Positions 39,111-48,829 of a stretch of DNA of 64,000 nt are shown here, piece after piece. The position numbers and the translations under genes were made by a program. Position 1 is the first letter of the stretch, and each line of letters opens with the position of its first letter. Source of the DNA: Ignavibacteria bacterium UBA2373 (GTDB lineage: Bacteria > Bacteroidota > Ignavibacteria > Kapaibacteriales > UBA961); contig DDTD01000046.1 in assembly GCA_002344005.1 (NCBI GenBank), positions 66,403 to 130,402 on the forward strand. Direction: 5' to 3'. Under the pieces are notes generated by a model. The model was not told where the DNA came from. It saw only the letters and a list, made by a program, of their open reading frames with translations, and did not search any database.

Positions 39111-40424
39111 TTACTGCACAATTGTTTTCATCCATTCTATTGTATCAACAAACTCTGTTGGATCTTCTACTTTCTGCTGAAGAAAATTACGTATTTCCCC
39201 TTGTAATCGTAATGATTTATCCACTAATGGATTCGATCCGTGATTATAAGCGCCGACAGTTATCATATCTTCATTTTCCCGATACGCTGAAAGTAATATC
39301 CTCAGCAGTTGTGCCGCTTCTTTATGGTCAGATTGTGACACTTCCTTCATTAATCGGCTGATACTTTCCAATACATCTATGGCGGGAAAATGCCCCATGG
39401 CGGCTAATCTGCGTGAGAGCACAAAGTGACCATCAAGAATACCGCGCGCCGTGTCGGCAATCGGTTCATTCATGTCATCACCCTCGACTAATACTGTATA
39501 AAGTCCTGTAATTGAACCGATGTCGGATGTGCCCGCTCTTTCCATTAATTTGGGCATCATCGTGAATACTGATGGCGGATACCCTTTTGTCGTCGGCGGT
39601 TCACCGATAGTTAGACCAATTTCTCTTTGTGCCATTGAAAGACGTGTTACCGAATCCATCATCAACATGACGTCAAGTCCCTGATCGCGGAAAAATTCAG
39701 CAATCGTTGTGGCTATCAAAGGTGCTTTTACACGCACCAAAGGTGGCATATCACTCGTGGCAACAATCACCACCGAACGTCTCATACCATCTTCGCCTAA
39801 GGATTCTTCAATGAAATCCCTTACCTCTCTCCCGCGTTCACCTATAAGTGCAATAACATTCACGTCCGCTGTGGTATAACGTGCTATCATACCCATCAAT
39901 GTTGATTTTCCAACACCCGAACCAGCGAATATACCGACTCTTTGTCCCTTACCGATTGTTAATGTCCCGTCAATGGCTCTCACTCCTGTAATCAAGGGCT
40001 CTGTGATGCGCCGACGCATGAGCGGATTAGGTGGTTGTGCATATACGGAACGCTGCACCACACCCGTAAGCCGTCCTTTATTATCTAAAGGTTCACCCAA
40101 ACCATCCAATACTCTTCCCAATAAATTTTCTCCAACTGATACCGTCAATTTAGTACCTGTGGCAATAATTTCCATACCCGGTTCAATATCGTGCAAATCA
40201 CCGAGAACCATAGATAATATGCGTGAATCCCTAAATCCGATAATTTCAGAACGACATACTTCATTGCCCGCCCTATCACGCAAACTACACACTTCACCGA
40301 CAGGTGCCTGTGGTCCTTCACTTTCAATAACCAACCCCACAACCTGCACCACCCTTCCGACTGCACGCACAGATTTGGTGTTACGAATAATAGGCGAATA
40401 TTTATCAAGTAAAGAGCTTGTCAT
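39111..40424 (-). CDS. fliI: Flagellum-specific ATP synthase FliI
   Basis: Walker A GSGVGKSTL, Walker B VMLMMDSVTR, F1/V1-ATPase beta-like fold; 437 aa. Confidence 0.9.
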   Translation of the reverse strand: MTSSLLDKYSPIIRNTKSVRAVGRVVQVVGLVIESEGPQAPVGEVCSLRDRAGNEVCRSEIIGFRDSRILSMVLGDLHDIEPGMEIIATGTKLTVSVGENLLGRVLDGLGEPLDNKGRLTGVVQRSVYAQPPNPLMRRRITEPLITGVRAIDGTLTIGKGQRVGIFAGSGVGKSTLMGMIARYTTADVNVIALIGERGREVRDFIEESLGEDGMRRSVVIVATSDMPPLVRVKAPLIATTIAEFFRDQGLDVMLMMDSVTRLSMAQREIGLTIGEPPTTKGYPPSVFTMMPKLMERAGTSDIGSITGLYTVLVEGDDMNEPIADTARGILDGHFVLSRRLAAMGHFPAIDVLESISRLMKEVSQSDHKEAAQLLRILLSAYRENEDMITVGAYNHGSNPLVDKSLRLQGEIRNFLQQKVEDPTEFVDTIEWMKTIVQ

Positions 40425-40430
40425 GAGTAT

Positions 40431-41135
40431 TTATTCGGATAATCGTGCTGCATGTAATTGTCGGCGAATTTCTTGTAATTGTGTCGTAATCTGAGCATCC
40501 ACTGCCCCAATATCGGATTCGACAATACAACCGCCTCGAGAAATGCTTGAATCGGCAATAATAGTAATATCGGGGTTACGCATTGTATCGCCAATTAATG
40601 TATTTTTAACTTGCTCTATCGCCTCATATTCATGAGGATTAATTCTCACACGTAATGTCTGTGCATTGCGATAACCGTCAATTGCTTTTCGTGCCTGCCT
40701 TATTACCATTGAGGCATCATGACTAATTGTATCGGCAATAATCGTTTCCGCTATCTCCACAGCAATATTTAAGGATAACTCTTCCATTTGTTTGGTGATT
40801 TTCTGAAATTCTCCATGCAAACGAAGTATCATCTTTTCAAAATGATTGCGGATTTCTTGTTGCTCTTGTATTTCTACGGTCATTGTTGCTGCTGTCACTT
40901 GCTTACCATCATCAAAGCCGCGATCATAGGCGTCTTGTATCATCTGCTGAGCTTCGGCATAAGAAATTGGCTCGGGCAAATCACTTTCCTGTAATAATTC
41001 ATCACCGTCCGGAAAATCATTTTCGTCAAATTCAGCAAAATTTGCCGCAAGAATAGATTCATCCTCATACGATGGAATTATTTTCAATCGTGAATGACCC
41101 GGCGAAGGAATTTCTATCGTTAATACTTTACTCAT
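40431..41135 (-). CDS. fliH: Flagellar assembly protein FliH
   Basis: 234 aa, acidic N-terminus, central coiled coil and FliH-like C-terminal domain; positioned between fliG and fliI. Confidence 0.65.
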   Translation of the reverse strand: MSKVLTIEIPSPGHSRLKIIPSYEDESILAANFAEFDENDFPDGDELLQESDLPEPISYAEAQQMIQDAYDRGFDDGKQVTAATMTVEIQEQQEIRNHFEKMILRLHGEFQKITKQMEELSLNIAVEIAETIIADTISHDASMVIRQARKAIDGYRNAQTLRVRINPHEYEAIEQVKNTLIGDTMRNPDITIIADSSISRGGCIVESDIGAVDAQITTQLQEIRRQLHAARLSE

Positions 41136-41140
41136 AATGC

Positions 41141-42178
41141 TTATACAAATACATCCTCGGAACCGCGACCGCTAATAACAATTTCATCACGTTCTTCAAG
41201 CACTTTAATAACATCAACAATGCGTACTTGTGCCGCTTCGACATCTTTGAGCTTCACAGGTCCCATAAATTCCAATTCTTCGCGAATAACTTCGGCTGCC
41301 CTTTCGGACATATTTTTGAAAATCTTGGTCTGGATTTTTTCATCGGCAACTTTTAATGCCATTGCCAAATCTCGTTTGTCAACTTCACGAAGAATACGCT
41401 GAATGCCTTTATCATCTATCATGATTATATCTTCAAACAAGAACATCAAGCGTTTAATTTCTCCCGATAATCCGGGATTGCGTTCTTCAATGGATTCCAA
41501 AAGACTTTTTGCAGTGGCATTATTCGTTTTATTCAAAATTGCAGCAACTAATTGCGCACCACCTGTTGCTGCAAGATTTTGTGAAAGCACTGCATCACCT
41601 ATTTGGTCAACAACTGCCTCTACTTCTGCAATAATAGAAGGCGACACCTTTCCTAAAGTCGCAATACGCACCAAAGTATCGGCGCGTAATTCATCCGTAA
41701 ATTCACTCAATAAATCCGAACTTTGATCGGGTGTTAAATGCGATAAAATAAGTGCTATGGTTTGTGGATGTTCTTTCGATAAAAAGCTGGCTAATTGTTG
41801 CGGATCGGCTTTCCGTAATATATCGAAGCCACGTATGGTAGTTAGGATTTTTATTTTGTCGAGAATTTCCTTAGCGCGCTCCGGACCAAAAGATTTTTGC
41901 AATAATGTGAGGGCATAATCAAGACCACCATCCAAATAATAGCCGTGCGCTGTCATTAATTCAAAAAATTCTTCATTAACCTTATGGATTATATCTTTCG
42001 ATACACCCTTAAGTGTCGTAATCTCTACGGCTATGGATTCTACATCCTTGGGATCAAGTTGGGAATATATTTTTGCTGCATTATCCACATCTAATGTCAT
42101 AAGCAAAATTGCTACTTTTTGTTTGCCATTCAATCGCTCATAGGTCAGATGTCTTGATATTTCTAATTCTTTAGCCAT
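41141..42178 (-). CDS. fliG: Flagellar motor switch protein FliG
   Basis: 345 aa. The C-terminal torque-generating region MFLFEDIIMIDDKGIQRILREVDKRDLAMALKVADEKIQTKIFKNMSERAAEVIREELEFMGPVKLKDVEAAQ is highly conserved. Confidence 0.9.
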   Translation of the reverse strand: MAKELEISRHLTYERLNGKQKVAILLMTLDVDNAAKIYSQLDPKDVESIAVEITTLKGVSKDIIHKVNEEFFELMTAHGYYLDGGLDYALTLLQKSFGPERAKEILDKIKILTTIRGFDILRKADPQQLASFLSKEHPQTIALILSHLTPDQSSDLLSEFTDELRADTLVRIATLGKVSPSIIAEVEAVVDQIGDAVLSQNLAATGGAQLVAAILNKTNNATAKSLLESIEERNPGLSGEIKRLMFLFEDIIMIDDKGIQRILREVDKRDLAMALKVADEKIQTKIFKNMSERAAEVIREELEFMGPVKLKDVEAAQVRIVDVIKVLEERDEIVISGRGSEDVFV

Positions 42179-42197
42179 AGTAAGTCGGTTATATATA

Positions 42198-43910
42198 TTA
42201 TTTTTTCATATAATCTTGCTGCATTACCAATTTAAGCAATCTTGACGCATCAGCCGGTTTTTCCAGTAAATAATTCTTCACACGATTGCCTATCTCCTCT
42301 TTCATGAAATCATCCTCAGTCAATTCGCCAAGCGTTTGCTCATCAAGTCGTCTGCGAGCTAATTCCGCCAGATTTTCTCGCTCAGCATTAGGATCATAAG
42401 GCTCAAGACGGCTTACAGAACTCGAAGCAACATTACTGCCCGGTAATAATAACAATGGATCATCCCCACGTATTGTGGCTAATAATGCCGCATCAACGGC
42501 GGGCGGCTCACCCAATACCCATTCTATACGACTGCGTACTTGCGGCGACATAATCAACTTGCGTATCATCCAAATGGCTAATAACATCGCCAACACTATC
42601 AATACTTTCTCAATTATCTCCTCTGTGGTCAATGGCAAATCAGTACCGCGCAATCGCTCAAGTTCTTCTTGCTCCGACGTGATGTCAAATTGGATATTTT
42701 CTACCGTCACTTGATCGCTACGGGTCGGATTGTAACCCACTGAATTTTTTATTATCTGATTTAATTGCAACATTTGTTCTTGCGGGCGCGGCGTATATTC
42801 CAGCGTGGGTGCGCCGTCTTTCTCCACTACCTTCGTGGTGCCATTTATCAATGCCGCTACCGTCATCCTTTTGATGCCGCCACCATTATTTATGATTTTC
42901 TCCACTGTCTTGGATATTTCATAATTCGTAATTTTGTTCCGGTTCTCGCTATTAGAATTTGTGGCAGGGTAATTTAATGAATCTACTGCCGCACTACGCC
43001 CTTCTAATTGCTGCTCGCTGCGAACTACCTGCTCATCCGGGTTAAATTTCTCTTCTGTTTTCTCTATTTGCTGAAAATCAAGCTCCGTGGTTGCACGCAC
43101 CACCGCATTGCCAACACCCAAAACGCCATCCAACAAACTCTGAACTTTTGAAGTAAGATACTGATCAACTTTTTGCTGCAATTCATACTGCGTATCGCTC
43201 ATCGCTGCCAAAGAATTCTTATCCCTTTGCGGTTCTGACAATATCTGACCCTTCTGATCAACAACCGTTACTGCCCCGGCATCCAAACCTTCTATGCTGC
43301 TCGCAACCAAGTTCTGTATGCCCTCCACATTTAACTTATTGATACTCTTCGTGCCCTTCAATTGCAAGACAACAGATGCCGTCGCTTGCTTCTGGTCTTT
43401 GTCGAACAATGCCTTTTCCGGTATTACTATATGCACACGGGCTTTCTTAACCTCGCCTATAGAACCTATAGTACGCGCTAATTCACCCTCCAATGCACGA
43501 CGATAATTTAACTTCTGCACAAAATCCGACATACCCAAATTGGTCTTATCGAACAATTCATAACCAACAACGCTCGATTCTGGCAAGCCCTCCGATGCCA
43601 ATGACAATCGTGTATCATGCAACACTTCCTGCGGTATCAATATCGTGCTGCCATTGTTCGACAACTCATACGGTATATTACGCTCTCGCAATTTATCAGT
43701 TATCGTCGCCGCATCCTTTGCCTCCAACTCACTGAACAATACCGACATCTGGGTCTTATTTGCCATCCCTATTATCATCACTATAGCAGCAATCGCCGCT
43801 ACCACCGCCCCACCGATGAATATTTTCTGCGTACGAGTCAATCTGTTCGCAAAATTGCGTAATTGTCCCGCCAAACTCTGTCCCGATTGCAATTGCTGAA
43901 GCTCTGCCAT
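42198..43910 (-). CDS. fliF: Flagellar M-ring protein FliF
   Basis: 570 aa, two TM segments (N-terminal and ~residue 440), conserved region VHIVIPEKALFDKDQKQATASVVLQLK. Confidence 0.85.
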   Translation of the reverse strand: MAELQQLQSGQSLAGQLRNFANRLTRTQKIFIGGAVVAAIAAIVMIIGMANKTQMSVLFSELEAKDAATITDKLRERNIPYELSNNGSTILIPQEVLHDTRLSLASEGLPESSVVGYELFDKTNLGMSDFVQKLNYRRALEGELARTIGSIGEVKKARVHIVIPEKALFDKDQKQATASVVLQLKGTKSINKLNVEGIQNLVASSIEGLDAGAVTVVDQKGQILSEPQRDKNSLAAMSDTQYELQQKVDQYLTSKVQSLLDGVLGVGNAVVRATTELDFQQIEKTEEKFNPDEQVVRSEQQLEGRSAAVDSLNYPATNSNSENRNKITNYEISKTVEKIINNGGGIKRMTVAALINGTTKVVEKDGAPTLEYTPRPQEQMLQLNQIIKNSVGYNPTRSDQVTVENIQFDITSEQEELERLRGTDLPLTTEEIIEKVLIVLAMLLAIWMIRKLIMSPQVRSRIEWVLGEPPAVDAALLATIRGDDPLLLLPGSNVASSSVSRLEPYDPNAERENLAELARRRLDEQTLGELTEDDFMKEEIGNRVKNYLLEKPADASRLLKLVMQQDYMKK

Positions 43911-43939
43911 AATCCTCTTTCCTGTTCTGTACTAACTTC

Positions 43940-44266
43940 TTATACCTGTATCCTGATAAGTTCCCTATATGTATCTAAGGACTTATTACGCAATTCCATC
44001 AATAACTGAAACGTAGTCTTTGCCTTCTCTGCCGAAATCATAACATCATGCAAATCAATTGGCTCCCCCTTCACAAATTTTGCCGTGTTCTCTGCCGATT
44101 CTTGCTGCGATTGATTAACATCGCCTATCAAACCCTTCAAAGAATCAACAAATGATTCCTTACCGGCTTCCGTGCTGCCCGATGAATCTTTCTCACCCAA
44201 TTCATGACGCTGCAACTCTATCGGCTTATACAAACGCTTCAGCGGATTTGTCTCATTCACTACCAT
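43940..44266 (-). CDS. fliE: Flagellar hook-basal body complex protein FliE
   Basis: C-terminal FVKGEPIDLHDVMISAEKAKTTFQLLMELRNKSLDTYRELIRIQV is the FliE signature region; 108 aa. Confidence 0.8.
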   Translation of the reverse strand: MVVNETNPLKRLYKPIELQRHELGEKDSSGSTEAGKESFVDSLKGLIGDVNQSQQESAENTAKFVKGEPIDLHDVMISAEKAKTTFQLLMELRNKSLDTYRELIRIQV

Positions 44267-44280
44267 TGCTCTTCTCCCGT

Positions 44281-44583
44281 TTAAGCGCGACCATCAAACA
44301 ATGTGCCTTTGGTCGCCTGTTCTTCCTGTAAAGAACCGTTCTTCGTAAATACTGTATATGATTCTTTCTGTACTGATTCCTGTCCATAAGCACGCATCAC
44401 ATAATGGCGGGCGGCTATGCCCTGACCGCTACTCGATTGCCCTGCTGCTTCGCTAACTTTCGCCCGTGATGGCTCCGAAACTGCCGTATCAAAACTGTCA
44501 GTGATGCGCTCGCGCCGGCGAACAGGCAAACTTGGACGGCTGCCCGATGCTTGCGAATATGCTTTCACTGCTTGGATATTCAT
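44281..44583 (-). CDS. Hypothetical 100-aa Ser/Gly/Ala-rich protein inserted between flgC and fliE
   Basis: ORF exactly fills the flgC-fliE gap (about 15-nt spacers each side). No recognisable motif. Confidence 0.4.
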   Translation of the reverse strand: MNIQAVKAYSQASGSRPSLPVRRRERITDSFDTAVSEPSRAKVSEAAGQSSSGQGIAARHYVMRAYGQESVQKESYTVFTKNGSLQEEQATKGTLFDGRA

Positions 44584-44597
44584 TACTGCTGCCTATA

Positions 44598-45089
44598 TCA
44601 TATTTCCAATGACTCGCGCGCCATATTCTTCGCCGATGTTATCACCGACGTATTCGCCTCAAATGAACGCTGCGCGCTTATCATCTCAACCATCTCGGTC
44701 ACTATATTCACATTCGGCATAGATACATAACCCTCCTCATTCGCATCAGGATGCGATGGGTCATATACTTTCCTTGCCGGAGAATTATCATTCACAACAC
44801 GAGCCGTCACTGCCTTCGCATCCTTGCCATACACATCCTCATTAAGATTCGGCGCATGGTACTTGCTCGTCCCTTGCAACGCAATCTGATCTTCTAATGT
44901 CTTAAAAAAAGGTGCGCGAGGATTCGCTTGAGCTATCACAACCTCACGCTTATATACTTCCCCCCGCTCGCCGCGTGTCGTGTTTGCATTGGCTATATTT
45001 TTTGCCACCGCACTCAATCTTTGACGCTGCACGCCCAATCCTTGACTGCTTATATTCAATGATGTAAACAAATTCTCAGCCATAATCAT
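44598..45089 (-). CDS. flgC: Flagellar basal-body rod protein FlgC
   Basis: N-terminus FTSLNISSQGLGVQRQRLSAVAKNIANANTT and C-terminus GYVSMPNVNIVTEMVEMISAQRSFEANTSVITSAKNM are canonical rod-family termini. Confidence 0.85.
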   Translation of the reverse strand: MIMAENLFTSLNISSQGLGVQRQRLSAVAKNIANANTTRGERGEVYKREVVIAQANPRAPFFKTLEDQIALQGTSKYHAPNLNEDVYGKDAKAVTARVVNDNSPARKVYDPSHPDANEEGYVSMPNVNIVTEMVEMISAQRSFEANTSVITSAKNMARESLEI

Positions 45090-45094
45090 ACTCC

Positions 45095-45517
45095 CTATTG
45101 ATTAGCACCGCGTATCGCGTTCTGCATACCCTGAAAAAATCGCTGCGTCATTCGCGAAGCGAAGCGAAAACGTATCTGGTTCTGTGCCAATTCTGACATC
45201 TCCTTATCCACATTCACATGACTCTCTCCGCTAAATAATCGCTCCGGCTCCGGAATAGCCGCCGACTCGCCCTCACCGCGTATCTCACCATCTTGCAATG
45301 AACCTATAGGCAAATGACGACTATCACCACGCGCCCCACTCAATACCGTTTGCTGCTTTTGGAACTCCTCCTCAAACTTAACACGCTGCGGGCGATACAC
45401 AGGAGATGTCGCATTCGTCATATTAGTCGCTATCGTTTGCTGACGCATCGCATAAGCATCCAATGCCCGATTCATCAATGGCAAACGACCCTTCGTAAAC
45501 AAATGATCATGTATCAT
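45095..45517 (-). CDS. flgB: Flagellar basal-body rod protein FlgB
   Basis: NRALDAYAMRQQTIATNMTNATSPVYRPQRVKFEE and C-terminus HVNVDKEMSELAQNQIRFRFASRMTQ. The ATG at 45517 follows a GAGGAA RBS. The ORF track extends the frame 21 codons further upstream. Confidence 0.8.
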   Translation of the reverse strand: MIHDHLFTKGRLPLMNRALDAYAMRQQTIATNMTNATSPVYRPQRVKFEEEFQKQQTVLSGARGDSRHLPIGSLQDGEIRGEGESAAIPEPERLFSGESHVNVDKEMSELAQNQIRFRFASRMTQRFFQGMQNAIRGANQ

Positions 45518-45736
45518 ACTTACTTTTCCTCGACAATTACTTCTCGCAACACTTCCGCTCCCAAGTTCAATGCCAATCAATGCTCATAAACTATCACATA
45601 ACACAAAGCAATCCGAAACCTTGATTTCGCTACACTTACCAAAACATAACCACATAATTCACCCTCATAAACAAAGGACAATACCATCCATCTGAACAAT
45701 AATAACCATCACAAACAATCAAACAATCAGCAAATA

Positions 45737-45926
45737 ATTACGAATGGTCAATTATCAATTACGAATGGTCAATTATCAATTACGGATGGTTAATGGTCAA
45801 TTACGGATGGTTAATGGTCAATTACGGATGGTCAATGGTCAATTACGGATGGTTAATGGTCAATTACGGATGGTTAATGGTCAATTACGAATGGTTAAGT
45901 ATCAATTACGAATGGTTAAGTATCAA
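45737..45926. repeat. Tandem array of ~9 copies of a 21-bp unit (AATGGTCAATTACGGATGGTT), 220-410 bp upstream of the flgB start
   Basis: Perfect 21-bp periodicity. Open in two plus-strand frames (MVNGQLR / MVNYGWL heptads). Closed in all three minus-strand frames. Confidence 0.9.
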
Positions 45927-45959
45927 CAATAATCAGGCACGCAATAACTGATTCAGCAT

Positions 45960-46150
45960 ACGGTCGGACATATCCAAAAGGGCATTGGAACTCGCAAAAA
46001 GGGCTTCCGTCTCACGCAGCAACACAACAGAACGCGACAATAACTCCGACGATTCCTCCAATAGCTTCGCCGACTCCAACAATAAAGCGTCGGACTCCTG
46101 CAAAAGCCCATCAGAGCTATATAATAATTGCTCGGACTTGCTCACAAGAG
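45960..46150. repeat. Degenerate 21-bp periodic array (CAAAAG-G/C-xxTTxxGxACTC family), diverged relative of the 46715-47090 array
   Basis: Nine successive 21-mers share CAAAAG...ACT positions. The minus-strand ORF 45933..46229 reads as heptads SxxLLxE. Confidence 0.65.
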
Positions 46151-46714
46151 CTTCCGAATGACTCACTAACCAATGAACTTGCTGCATACGTTCTCTATGG
46201 TGACAATGAAGTACTAACGAAATTATCAAATTCTTGGAATATAATAGACCTTATATTCAATAACACATTTCTTTTTCCATGAAACATGCACTCTATACCC
46301 CAAAAATAATCCAGTCAGTCCCGAAATAACGACATGATTCCATAAACTGTTTCATACTGTCCAAGAACTCATGTCCATGCCCAATGAAATGGGGCAAAAC
46401 TATGCCAAACACCAAATATTCCCCCATCAATGGCGATTAATAGCCATTATATCCCATCCCTTCTACAACAAGCCCTTCCCCTTGCGGGGCAATCCACACA
46501 CAATCTAATGCGGTGGACATCTGTTCCCACACAGAGATTATCACGTGATATATATACCATGAAAAAAGGCATCCATACCATGCTTCATACATCCCTAAAC
46601 AAGACAAGCACCATACTAAACAAAAACAACGATATATGAACTGATTTGCTCAATATATTTACCACAACTCATCATAATTATACCTCCTCTCATATCATAT
46701 ATACCACTTCTCAT

Positions 46715-47090
46715 TATTGGCGGACTTCTTCAAAAGCTTGGCAGACTTGTTCAAAAGCTTGGCAGACTTCCTCAAAAGTCTTACGGACTGCCTCAAAAGT
46801 CTTACGGACTTCTTCAAAAGCTTGGCGGACTTCTTCAAAAGCTTGGCGGACTACTTCAAAATCTTGGCGGACTACTTCAAAATCTTGGCGGACTACTTCA
46901 AAAGCTTGGCGGACTACTTCAAAAGCTTGGCGGACTGCCTCAAAAGTCTTACGGACTGCCTCAAAAGTCTTACGGACTACCTCAAAAGTCTTACGGACTT
47001 CTTCAAAAGCTTGGCGGACTGCCTCAAAAGTCTTACGGACTGCCTCAAAAGTCTTACGGACTGCCTCAAAAGTCTTACGGACTGCCCTCG
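46715..47090. repeat. Tandem array of ~18 copies of a 21-bp unit (CTTCAAAAGCTTGGCGGACTT / CCTCAAAAGTCTTACGGACTG variants)
   Basis: Near-perfect repeats with two alternating variants. Open as heptad ORFs on both strands. The minus-strand ORF has a true ATG (47100) 4 nt before the array and a TAA immediately after it. Confidence 0.9.
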
Positions 47091-47587
47091 CGATACTCAT
47101 TTTTCTCTTCAAATATCATACAACATTGTTCACATAGCTTTTATCATGATTCAAATATCATCCGCCCCCCTCCAATATAGCGTCAATATGCCCCAAAACA
47201 ATGCGGACATTGTCCAAAAATCGCTATCTATTCCCCATTATTCTCAAAATCCGCTTCATGAATATCAATATCCATTCCTCAACATAATCGCCGAAGTTCG
47301 CACAGCAAAAGAAAGAGTTCGCACAGCATAAAACATAGTCTCCATCAAAGAAGAAACATATTGAAACAGAAATACTTATATTTGCGTAGGTGATGATGCG
47401 CTTATGCATGCCATAGTACCTTTTCATCTGCTCAATGATGAAGTCCGGAAAGCGCGAATCGCCCCCTAATTATGTACAATACTGTTTCACATAGACATAT
47501 TTTCATTCAATCAAAGACAAGAAGCAACTCAAACCTGTAAAAAGGTTGTTTTTTATTTATTATTCATATATCAAAAGGAGCCAGACC

Positions 47588-48748
47588 ATGCCGGGTAGTC
47601 TCTTTTCAATGTCCGCCGAGCAAATGATAGCCAAAGCGCGGAGCGTGAAATCTGCTATGGAGCGAGATTTGACGGAATTAACTGTTTATGGGGTTACAGC
47701 CCCCGAAATTGCGGCGTTCAATAGCCAAATTGACGATGCCGATGCCCTTCCGAATGATGATATATTGCAATGGCATTGGACAGAAGCCATAGCGGCGCGT
47801 GAAGCCAAGGAAGTGCAAATCCGCACCGTGCTTGAGGGCATGGTGGCGAGGGTCGAGAACCGCTACGGAGCGCAAACGTCTTTGGTCAAGGTAATGCGAT
47901 GCAATGATTTGTCACGCAAGAATGCCGAAGCCCTCAAAGAATCATGTCAAAATGCTATTGTGGTGCTGACCGAACGATTGGCGGAGCTTTCCGGCGAGGG
48001 CTTGACCCAAGCCATGATTGACAATATCGAAACCTTGCGCGATGAGTTATTGGTATTGATGGATGATGTGACGGACAAAGCACGATTGCGCACGGAAGGA
48101 ACGGTCACGCGCACGGATGTACTGAATGCGGTCTATAATAAAATGGTCGGGTATTGCAAATATGGCAAATTGATCTGGGAAAAAGTCAATGAGTCCAAGT
48201 ATGCCGACTATCTGATTTATGACGATGGCGATGCGCCGCAAACTCCGCCGGCTGCGGTAGAGAATTTGATGATTGTGAACTCTATTGCTTCGTGGTATCC
48301 GTCGCCGACGGCAACAAGTTACCGTGTGGCAATGAGTGTGGAGCCGTCGCAAGGTGTATGGGAGCAAATCTATGCGGGGGAATCAACCCAAGTGCCCGTT
48401 CCTCTGCCCCAAACGGGTGGTGTGCATGTGCGAGTGCAAGCCCATAATAATGCAGGGTTGAGCGATCCGACCTTTGTGACGAAGGTAATCAGCTTGGAAA
48501 CACCCGCGAATTTGTCCTATGGCAGCGGTGAGCTTTCCTGGGGTCTGGTGGATTGGGCAAATGGCTATGAGGTGGAGGAATCGGAGAATCAATCGGATTG
48601 GACATTGATTTGGAATCAGAATACAAGTTCCATGCCCTTGACGGTGCAAAGCGGCACATGGTTCTATCGTGTTCGTTCAATGTATGGGAATGTCTTTTCG
48701 GCTTACAGCGATGTGTTGGAGATTGATGGCAATCAAGTGGGCGGCTAA
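47588..48748 (+). CDS. Hypothetical protein with a helical N-terminal half and Fn3-like beta C-terminal region
   Basis: ATG at 47588 follows an AAAGGAG RBS. GC content is visibly higher than the flanks. A hairpin plus T7 terminator lies at 48784-48818. No catalytic motif recognised. Confidence 0.5.
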   Translation: MPGSLFSMSAEQMIAKARSVKSAMERDLTELTVYGVTAPEIAAFNSQIDDADALPNDDILQWHWTEAIAAREAKEVQIRTVLEGMVARVENRYGAQTSLVKVMRCNDLSRKNAEALKESCQNAIVVLTERLAELSGEGLTQAMIDNIETLRDELLVLMDDVTDKARLRTEGTVTRTDVLNAVYNKMVGYCKYGKLIWEKVNESKYADYLIYDDGDAPQTPPAAVENLMIVNSIASWYPSPTATSYRVAMSVEPSQGVWEQIYAGESTQVPVPLPQTGGVHVRVQAHNNAGLSDPTFVTKVISLETPANLSYGSGELSWGLVDWANGYEVEESENQSDWTLIWNQNTSSMPLTVQSGTWFYRVRSMYGNVFSAYSDVLEIDGNQVGG

Positions 48749-48829
48749 ATTTTGATTGCTTTCATCTTCGGAGAATATCGGGAAATCCCTATTGCGCAGC
48801 AGTAGGGATTTTTTTGTGGAAAATCATCG

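Noticed and set aside
45737-47090. CRISPR array interpretation of the tandem repeats
   Set aside because: The repeats are directly tandem with no intervening unique spacers, the unit is 21 bp, and there are no cas genes.
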